Shown piece after piece: positions 17,013 through 23,823 of a DNA stretch of 23,823 bases. The stretch comes from Oligoflexales bacterium. Lineage in GTDB: Bacteria > Bdellovibrionota_B > Oligoflexia > Oligoflexales > CAIYRB01. A model generated the notes under the pieces. It did no database searches. It was not told the origin of the DNA and saw nothing but the letters and a program-made list of their open reading frames with translations. Location of the stretch: the NCBI GenBank assembly GCA_041736175.1, contig JBGSUI010000013.1:1-23823 (forward strand), read 5' to 3'. Every line of letters begins with the position of its first letter. The stretch's first letter is position 1. Both the position numbers and the translations under genes were made by a program.

Positions 17013-18737
17013 GTGAGTGTTTTAAACTCAACTAGGCCAATGATTCCACTAGGGATCTTGCAAGCTTTTCTTGGGATGCTGCTTATCTTGTGGGTGTGTC
17101 TATGCTTTGCTCCTGCGGTTTGGGGTCCGTTCTTTTTTGATGATGAACATTTTATACTTAAAAATCGGTTTATTTTGCAGTTTTTGACCGACCCCCTGGC
17201 CCTCTTTTCCCTCTATAAAACCAGTGTGACCGAGGGAGCCCTGATATCAGGCAACTTCTATCGTCCACACCAACAGCTAGTTTTTGCCCTTTTAGCCAGG
17301 AGCGTCGGCCTCGAACCTTTTTGGTATCACTGGGTCTCGATCGGGATCCACGCCCTTAACTGCGTTTTGGTGTTGGTGTGGCTGAGAAGCTGTTTTGGAC
17401 TTTCCCTCGGTGCGAGTTTTTTGGGGGCTCTCTTTTTTGGGATCCATCCTGTCCAAACACAGGCGGTTTGCTATATTTCGGGCCTGGCTGATCCTTTAGC
17501 GACTTTTTTTTGGCTATCGGCCCTGTTATTTTTGGTGACGGGACTTGACCGTAAGGGACTCGCGCGCTGGGGGACATGGAGTGTCGGGTTTTGTCTCATG
17601 GTCCAAGGATTTTTGGCCAAAGAAAGCAGCATCGTCATGGGCGGCTTTTTAGGGCTGAGCCTTGTCGGTCGACATCTATACAAAGACATCCCATCCCCCA
17701 CAAGATCCACCAAAACAGGATCCAAATTAGGGAGGATAGCATTTTCTCCATCAGAGCTTTGGCTTTTGGGGTCCGTAGGATTTTGCACGGGAATCTACGT
17801 GGCCTTGCGCCTCATCGTCTTTAACTTTAATGACCAAGGATTTGGCGTCCAGGTCCCGTCCAATATCTATACCCAAAGCCTCGGGATACGTCTGATCACT
17901 TTTATCAGTGTCCTCTGGGACTATACGGAGCTGATCTTTTGGCCCCACAGGCTTTACTACGAAAAACCCTACCGGGCCTACGACACCCTGTGGACCCTGC
18001 GCGGCTTTTTTGGTTTAGGGATTTTAGCAGCTCTTAGTGCGAGTTTTTTTAAACTGTCTAAACACCCGGCCCTTGCCCTAGTCCCAATCCTAGGCCTTGG
18101 AGGTTTTATCTTGGGGCTTGTCCCCTATATGGGGTGGGTCCCCATAAACGCGATTTTCTTAGAGCATTGGCTCTATATGCCCATGATTGGCTTGGCTCTC
18201 ACTTTAGCAGGAGGCATGGATGGGCTGCTAAGCATTAGGGATCGACGATGGGTCCGTCCCCTGGTTTTTGGGTTTGGACTTACCATCACGATGGCCATGA
18301 CGCTGCGGACTTTTAAACGATCTTTTGATTGGTCTAACCAGGAGGCTTTTTACACTAACGAGATCGCCATGTCGGGTGGCAGCACTCGGATGTTTAACAA
18401 TCTTGGAATGTATTATGCAGACCTCAAGCGGTTTGACCAAGCGTTAGACCAATACCAAAAAGCCATTGATTGGCCTGGAGCGCCGTCTCTTCCACAGCCC
18501 CACCATAACCGCGCCCAAATTTACCTGGGGCGAGGCCAATGGGAGTTAGGGATTAACGAAATCAAGTTGGCCCTGCAAAAAGATCCACGGTTTATCTATA
18601 GTCTGCGCCTTTTAGCCCAGGTTTGGGAGGTCCTCGGCCAGGGGGAGCGGCTGCGGGTTGTCCAGCAGGCTATAGAGGCCGTGGAAAAGGGACAAGCTTA
18701 TGATGTAAAAGTTTTTTTTACCCGTGCTTTCCCCTAG
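17013..18737 (+). CDS. TMTC-like GT-C membrane glycosyltransferase with C-terminal TPRs
   Basis: Multiple TM helices; 'FFDD', 'FYRP', 'HPVQTQAV.YISG', 'AKES', 'EHWLYMP'; TPRs such as 'NNLGMYY...ALDQYQKAI'. Confidence 0.85.
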   Translation: MSVLNSTRPMIPLGILQAFLGMLLILWVCLCFAPAVWGPFFFDDEHFILKNRFILQFLTDPLALFSLYKTSVTEGALISGNFYRPHQQLVFALLARSVGLEPFWYHWVSIGIHALNCVLVLVWLRSCFGLSLGASFLGALFFGIHPVQTQAVCYISGLADPLATFFWLSALLFLVTGLDRKGLARWGTWSVGFCLMVQGFLAKESSIVMGGFLGLSLVGRHLYKDIPSPTRSTKTGSKLGRIAFSPSELWLLGSVGFCTGIYVALRLIVFNFNDQGFGVQVPSNIYTQSLGIRLITFISVLWDYTELIFWPHRLYYEKPYRAYDTLWTLRGFFGLGILAALSASFFKLSKHPALALVPILGLGGFILGLVPYMGWVPINAIFLEHWLYMPMIGLALTLAGGMDGLLSIRDRRWVRPLVFGFGLTITMAMTLRTFKRSFDWSNQEAFYTNEIAMSGGSTRMFNNLGMYYADLKRFDQALDQYQKAIDWPGAPSLPQPHHNRAQIYLGRGQWELGINEIKLALQKDPRFIYSLRLLAQVWEVLGQGERLRVVQQAIEAVEKGQAYDVKVFFTRAFP

Positions 18738-18782
18738 ATCTTTCTATGGTGCCAATCCTGTTGTCAATCAGATATAGGGTGC

Positions 18783-19598
18783 CTAAATCTCAGGCGCTGA
18801 ATCGCCGTAATTCACTAGGAAATTTTTAAAGGGCATTCCTAATGGTACCGAGTTCTGCCAAAAATCATAAAGATCGAGAGCCTCTAATTTCACTATGTCG
18901 CAATTAACATTTTCCTGACCTACAATGATACTCCTTAAGCTTACCTCACGCTCCTTAAAGTTATTTAAGACTATGGGAGCACCCAATAAATGATTGGGAT
19001 CGAAACCCTTAATCATATTTTTGGTGGCTATATTAAATTTACGGACTCCTTGCGAAAGACCCTTTTGATATGCTGATTTAGCGCGAAGCGTAAATGGATG
19101 ACCTGATTCAAATCTCGTGTTTGATCGTTCATAGGCAAAAATTATATTCTCTTCAAAGGAACCTGTATTTTCTGAAACAGAAAATCTTGGTAAAACAACA
19201 TTATTCACTGCTGTTTCTAACTCTAAAATATCTAATGCAATATTTCTAATAGAACTTTCGATTGTAGTATTTTTTACTATTTTGATTTCTTTGACAGGTT
19301 CCTGAGGCGAATAAAAAAACAATGATTTTGAATTACATTGAGGTAAATGTGGAGTAATCGCAAACTTGTTACTGAATAATGTAGCATGACATCCTGCTTG
19401 ACCATTTTGAGTCTTGGCGACAAAGATATCGTGTGCTTCAGCTTTATAGCGAACGCCCTTTAAGACTGAGTCGCTCTTTTTTTGAAGACAAGATGGAAAT
19501 AGCGACATGTAAACTATAAATATTTTAAGTCTTGCTGATATTGATAATGATTTCAAACACCAAGGCGCTAGACCAATGGAAATGGATGATAATCTCAT
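18783..19598 (-). CDS. AT-rich hypothetical secreted/lipoprotein, possibly a degenerate trypsin-like fold
   Basis: Lipobox-like 'LFPSC'; 'GCHATLFSNKFAITPH', 'IALDILEL', 'LLGAPIV' loosely echo trypsin motifs; visibly AT-rich. Confidence 0.5.
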   Translation of the reverse strand: MRLSSISIGLAPWCLKSLSISARLKIFIVYMSLFPSCLQKKSDSVLKGVRYKAEAHDIFVAKTQNGQAGCHATLFSNKFAITPHLPQCNSKSLFFYSPQEPVKEIKIVKNTTIESSIRNIALDILELETAVNNVVLPRFSVSENTGSFEENIIFAYERSNTRFESGHPFTLRAKSAYQKGLSQGVRKFNIATKNMIKGFDPNHLLGAPIVLNNFKEREVSLRSIIVGQENVNCDIVKLEALDLYDFWQNSVPLGMPFKNFLVNYGDSAPEI

Positions 19599-20142
19599 AA
19601 TAGTTTTCCTTCTAATTTTAAATTTCTTACTAAATCACTAAAGATGCCTTAAAGTGCCATCTATAGATTCTTCTACCTTCTGTTCCTAAAATTAATATTT
19701 AACTCAAAAAATAATTCTTATGACTATCCCAGCAAATTTTGTGCCCATCCAGAGTTATGAGATTTCAGGAGGTTATGGAATTTCCTAGGAATGAGGGTGT
19801 CAATACTAAATTCAAGTTGAAAAAAATTGGAGACCAAAAGTTTTACAGTAGGTTAGTGATAATAAAATGGACGACAATGGTCGAATGCGTCCGCCTAAGC
19901 CGAAGCGCTTTCCTTGTTGGGAGGCGGATCAATCACTTCCATGTCGCATTCATATCAAAGGATACAGGCAGAGGGTATTCTCTCCTGGATATCCAATGGT
20001 TGTGTTCGAATTCCTTTTCTATCGCTCTGGCAAGGAGATCAAAGGCATTCGACCAGCTATTTAGCTCAGGAATATAACTTTCTCCACCTACTCCGCTGTT
20101 CAGAACTTTTCCTTGATAGGGGGTACGAGCTATGTTAAATTT

Positions 20143-20170
20143 TGCCTAGTTGCCTGACTAGGCATGACTA
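20143..20170 (+). promoter_or_regulatory. Probable operator of the DUF4258/DUF2283 pair
   Basis: TGCCTAGT-N6-ACTAGGCA inverted repeat (20143-20164) plus TGACTA direct repeats 10 bp apart, overlapping TTGCCT -35-like hexamers. Confidence 0.55.
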
Positions 20171-20186
20171 TTAAAATGGAGGCGTT

Positions 20187-20432
20187 GTGGAGATCGTTTT
20201 CAGCGAACATGCAGTGATTCGAATGCTGGAACGAAGTATCACACCTGACATGGTAAGAGCAATTATACGTTCCCCTATGGGAAAAATCAGGCAGTCCAGG
20301 GATAAATGGATTTTTTACAAATCATTTGCGGTTCGTCGCGACAATCACGTAGCGGCAGTGGTTGTAGAACGAGTGGGGGAGCGGTTCGAAGTAATCACCG
20401 TCATGATAGATTTTGAGGTTCATAATAAATGA
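20187..20432 (+). CDS. DUF4258-like small protein (predicted RelE-fold toxin)
   Basis: 'IVFSEHAVIRMLERSIT...VITVM' pattern; GGAGG RBS; 4-bp overlap with the next gene. Confidence 0.8.
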   Translation: MEIVFSEHAVIRMLERSITPDMVRAIIRSPMGKIRQSRDKWIFYKSFAVRRDNHVAAVVVERVGERFEVITVMIDFEVHNK

Positions 20433-20740
20433 AAATTATCCACAAACCAGAATTAGACTATCTTTCGATAGATTTTAAAGACGAGATCGAAGCGAAAAGC
20501 GTTTTTCAAGATGGTGTGATTGTCAGATTCGACAAAAAAGGCAACGTCATCGGGATCGATATAACTGATTCAACTTTATTTCTTGCCACGCAATTATTGA
20601 CTATGCGAGAGGCTTGTGACCTACTCGGTATTTCCGAATCGACTATGCGACGACGAATCAAAGAGGGCAAGATTAAATTTCAGAAGCCCTCGGGCAAAGA
20701 TTATCGATTTAATAAGGCTGATTTGCTCAAAATGGGATAA
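20429..20740 (+). CDS. DUF2283-like domain fused to an excisionase-type HTH (predicted antitoxin/regulator)
   Basis: 'MKI...D.LSIDF...GVIVRFDKKGNVIGIDI' followed by 'LLTMREACDLLGISESTMRRRIKEGKI...YRF...DL'. Confidence 0.8.
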   Translation: MKIIHKPELDYLSIDFKDEIEAKSVFQDGVIVRFDKKGNVIGIDITDSTLFLATQLLTMREACDLLGISESTMRRRIKEGKIKFQKPSGKDYRFNKADLLKMG

Positions 20741-20773
20741 TTTTTTTAGGACACTATAGATTACGTGTCGTAG

Positions 20774-21178
20774 TCTAGAAAGGTTTCGAGCGGATTTCAG
20801 CAGACGGAATCAGTTCAATCAACCGAAGCTATTCAGGGTGCCGAAATACCCGGACAATACTGCCAAGAGAACCAATCTAAGGACTTGATCTGTGCTGCAA
20901 AATCCGATGAGTCTACCCAAAATAATTATTGCGAAAAAAATGGGTGCAATGCAAATGCTTCGCTTTGCTATACCAGATGTCGTACCGGCTATCACCCCGT
21001 ACAAGGCTTGCCCTCTCGTTGCTATGAAGATTGTCAGGAGGGCTGGGCAGATAACGGTGTTAGTTGCTACAAATTTCCAGATGTTCATTGGAAAACTTCC
21101 TACGATCGCGGTCGTGGCCGCGTAGGTTGCGTCAATGGTGTACCGGTAGATAATATTCAAAACAAGTATCCCCTTTGA
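20774..21178 (+). pseudogene. Cys-rich protein, probably a 5'-truncated fragment
   Basis: The frame is open from 20774 (after TAG 20771) with no ATG or RBS; the track start is TTG 20885; contains 'LCYTRCRTGY..CYEDCQEGWADNGVSC..SYDRGRG'. Confidence 0.55.
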
Positions 21179-21309
21179 GCAGTATTCTTGCAAATCTCTC
21201 TAACCGGACTGCCCTGAGGCGTTTTTGACGCTCATTCTCTAGTTGGCGATCTAGTGGATGGCGATTAGGAGCCTTTAGAAGAATTTGTCTCTGTGAAGAG
21301 AAATAGCAG

Positions 21310-21716
21310 CCTGGTTTTTGGGGTTGGATTTACCATCACGACAGCCATGACACTGCGGACTTTTAAACGATCTTTTGATTGGTCTAACCAAGAGGCTTTT
21401 CACACCAACGAGATCGCCATGTCGGGTGGCAGCACTCGGATGCATAATAATCTCGGGATGTATTATGCAGACCTCAAGCGGATTGACCAAGCGTTAGACC
21501 GATACCAAAAAGCCATTGATTGGCCTGGAGCGCCGTCTCTTCCACAGCCTCATCACAACCGAGCCCAAATTTACCTGTGGCGAGGCCAGTGGGAGTTAGG
21601 GATTAACGAAATCAAGCTGGCCCTGCAAAAAGATCCACGGTTTATTTATAGTTTGCGCCTTTTAGCCCAGGTTTGGGAGGTCCTTGGCCAAGGAGAGCGG
21701 CTGCGGTTTGTTCAGC
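21310..21716 (+). pseudogene. Diverged copy of 18260-18666 (3' TPR part of the glycosyltransferase gene)
   Basis: Ungapped 407-bp match at offset 3050; about 29 mismatches by manual count (~93% identity). Confidence 0.95.
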
Positions 21717-21920
21717 TTACATTCTGGCGGCCTAAAAAGTGGCGAAAAAAAAAACAGTTTTTATCGGCGCTGAAGGCAATCCGGCAATCCGTAGACACCA
21801 GCATTAAAAATGCATAGCGATTTTTTTCTTGAAATTCATTGATATACACAGAGCCGCTGTGGGCACATTTCTTGCTTTTTTTTAAACAGAGACTATTAAA
21901 AACAATAATGGGAGAGTAAA

Positions 21921-22721
21921 ATGCAAATTTTTTCCATGACTTTGATATTGCTATTTCTTTCAATAACATTTAGCTGCTCCAAGTCATCATCTTCTAACTT
22001 GCAGCATGACGTGGGCGCAACTGTTAACGAGCAAACAGTTGCTCCAACCTGTACCCAAATGGAGACTGATTACCCGATAGAAACCACTTACGTAAAAAAA
22101 ATAGTGAATCACATCATGACCAGTAATCCCAAAACGTTTACAGGAAATCTTGCGTTTAAAAATTTTTGTTTTAAAATTCTCAACATTCGGACTACGAACG
22201 CAGAATGCCACCGAGATGGAACAATTTCCTTAAATTTGGGTCTTTTGACGGCAATGGAAAAGGATGCACAGGTTGCCGCAGTTCTGAGCCATGAACTTGC
22301 ACATTTTACCCTAAATCACCACAATCGACGGGAGACTGAAAAGTTGGGAAATCTCGAAACCGAAGCTGACGAGGTGGGAAACGAATTTTACAGACGTTCT
22401 GGCTTTGACAGTAACGAATATAAAAAAATGCTCAAAAATTCGCATAGCATTGAGGATCAGCAAAAGTGTGAGCAGCAAATCGCGATTAACAAACCCATGG
22501 AAAAAGGGCGCCTTGACAAGCATCCAGATACTTGTTGGCGCATTGCGAATATAAATAAAGAAGATGAAGAACACAGTAAAATTTATCAACCACTTATTAA
22601 AAATCAAGTGCTCGCAGGAGAAAAATCAAATTTGAAGGAGATTCAAAAGAGAATTAACTCTCAATTTGCAGAAGAAGATCAAAAAAGAATCATCAGTTCG
22701 CCAAGTGATGATCCGAGATAA
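21921..22721 (+). CDS. M48 family zinc metallopeptidase, lipoprotein
   Basis: Lipobox 'ITFSC'; 'NA...DG.I....GLL', 'AAVLSHELAH' (HExxH), 'ETEAD..G', 'HP....RI'; GGAGAG RBS. Confidence 0.88.
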   Translation: MQIFSMTLILLFLSITFSCSKSSSSNLQHDVGATVNEQTVAPTCTQMETDYPIETTYVKKIVNHIMTSNPKTFTGNLAFKNFCFKILNIRTTNAECHRDGTISLNLGLLTAMEKDAQVAAVLSHELAHFTLNHHNRRETEKLGNLETEADEVGNEFYRRSGFDSNEYKKMLKNSHSIEDQQKCEQQIAINKPMEKGRLDKHPDTCWRIANINKEDEEHSKIYQPLIKNQVLAGEKSNLKEIQKRINSQFAEEDQKRIISSPSDDPR

Positions 22722-22804
22722 AAATATCACCAGCGAAGCCAAAGTGATGCCGCTGAAGCCGTCCTCCGACCAAAACCATGGAAATACAATATTTTCCGAA
22801 GCGA

Positions 22805-23210
22805 TTCGCCCCGGGACTACACGGATCCTTGAGTGGGTTCCATCAGAGCTTTGGCTCTTGGGGTCCGTAGGATTTTGCACTGGAATCTACGTGGTCTTGC
22901 GCCTCTTCGTCTTTAACTTTAATGACCAAGGATTTGGAGTCCAAGTCCCGTCCAATATCTATACCCAAAACCTCGGGATACGTCTGATCACTTTTATCAG
23001 TGTCATCTGGGACTATACGGAGCTGATCTTTTGGCCCCACAGGCTTCACTACGAAAAACCCTACCGGGCCTACGACACCCTCGTGATCTAAGAATTTGGA
23101 CTAACTGAGTCGTCCCGGGACGACGCACTCCTCCCCTAAATCTTTCCTGCTCCGAGGTCCAGCGATTTCCTTCGACTTCTGTCCAAGTGCGGCGTCCTTC
23201 GCCCCGGGAC
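22805..23210. repeat. 13-bp direct repeat TTCGCCCCGGGAC (22805-22817, 23198-23210) and a related 16-bp perfect palindrome GTCGTCCCGGGACGAC (23109-23124)
   Basis: Read directly from the sequence. Confidence 0.8.
22839..23081 (+). pseudogene. Diverged copy of 17747-17989 (middle of the glycosyltransferase gene)
   Basis: Ungapped 243-bp match at offset 5092; 9 mismatches by manual count (~96% identity). Confidence 0.95.
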
Positions 23211-23484
23211 GAACTGGCTCTAAAAACATTCCATTTTTCAGAAAAAGCTTGACGGGTTTTGGGGCTTACAAAAGTGGTCCCAAAAGTTCCTACGCGGAAG
23301 ATTTGCTGATTTTTCTGGCTCAAATCGACTAAGAGCGCTCCAAAATCAAATTTGCCGCTTTGAATCTTGTTTTTAAAAAAGACCGCAGACCCCGACCGAA
23401 ATCAACTTTTACAACCCATGTTATAACTTTTTTCAACAAGGTCTCGACGCCCCAAAGCGTCCTTAATGAGCGAGAACAACAACG

Positions 23485-23823
23485 ATGATATCAAATGAAG
23501 CCCTCTCAAAAATTCTTGCGCTCCCAAAAAATTGTGACGCGTCCGAATCTACCTCTGACATCCGTGTGCTCCTGCGCCGGCAGTTTCAAAAAGCTGTCCT
23601 GCTCCATCAAAAGGAGCACGATATGGTGCTTGATTCAATGAGGGTGCTCTATCAGCTTGACCGACAAAACGCTGCTGGAAACCTCGGGCTCACCCGTGAT
23701 CAATATATCGAAGCACTGGGACTTTCGCCCGACGTCTACTGGAAGAGACTCCAGGCAGCCAAGGTCCTCGCCTATTTTCCCGCATTCGTGGAGCTATTCA
23801 AGACGGGACAAACCCACGTCTCG
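23485..23823 (+). CDS. Partial ORF running off the window; resembles N-terminal regions of DUF222/HNH endonuclease-type proteins
   Basis: 113 open codons MISNEALSK...YIEALGLSPDVYWKRLQAAKVLAYFPAFVELFKTGQTHVS; the 'LGLS....KR.QAA..L..FP......G' pattern is typical. No HNH motif is visible within the window. Confidence 0.55.
   Translation, partial: MISNEALSKILALPKNCDASESTSDIRVLLRRQFQKAVLLHQKEHDMVLDSMRVLYQLDRQNAAGNLGLTRDQYIEALGLSPDVYWKRLQAAKVLAYFPAFVELFKTGQTHVS

Noticed and set aside
19739..20145. Three overlapping + strand ORFs and a 70-codon start-less minus-strand frame (20145-19933)
   Set aside because: No recognisable motifs or good RBS. The minus frame may be a gene remnant, but I cannot support that.
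17747..23081. Duplicated segments as the template/variable repeats of a diversity-generating retroelement
   Set aside because: Mismatches are not confined to adenines (many C/T and G/T changes) and there is no reverse transcriptase in the window.
21293..23091. Track ORFs 21293-21817 and 22666-23091 as real genes
   Set aside because: They are duplicated gene fragments with unrelated flanking sequence read in frame and no convincing start.
18740..23480. Integron cassette array (hairpins near 19890-19927 and 21197-21248)
   Set aside because: No integrase, mixed gene orientations, and the hairpins lack properly paired RYYYAAC/GTTRRRY boxes with canonical spacing.
1..23823. Short antisense or nested ORFs in the track; CRISPR arrays, tRNA or rRNA genes
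   Set aside because: The short ORFs shadow well-supported genes and show no motifs; I saw no regularly spaced repeats or RNA-gene signatures.

Overview
Bacterial chromosomal window. The gene repertoire suggests Bdellovibrionota/Oligoflexia, but that is an inference, not a search result. The centrepiece (3620-11614) is a light-sensing locus. A divergent pair encodes a MIO-dependent aromatic amino-acid lyase (TAL-like) and an acyl-CoA ligase (pCL-like), the known route to the p-coumaroyl chromophore. Next comes an apparent operon that starts at a sigma-28-like promoter and ends at a strong intrinsic terminator. It encodes a photoactive yellow protein with an 84-aa N-terminal extension, a 49-aa ORF absent from the ORF track, a 190-aa unknown protein, and an atypical CheA-like kinase with a long C-terminal extension; it has no MCP, stand-alone CheW or CheY. 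On the other arm, folE and a stand-alone BLUF protein follow the ligase. To the left lie a collapsed HlyD/C39-ABC exporter remnant, a lipoprotein and higBA. To the right lie a probable outer-membrane protein, lgt, ppk1, an HD-domain protein and a TMTC-like glycosyltransferase. The last ~5 kb is a mosaic: AT-rich cargo genes, a DUF4258/DUF2283-type pair, two diverged out-of-order fragments of the glycosyltransferase gene, and the start of a DUF222/HNH-like ORF.
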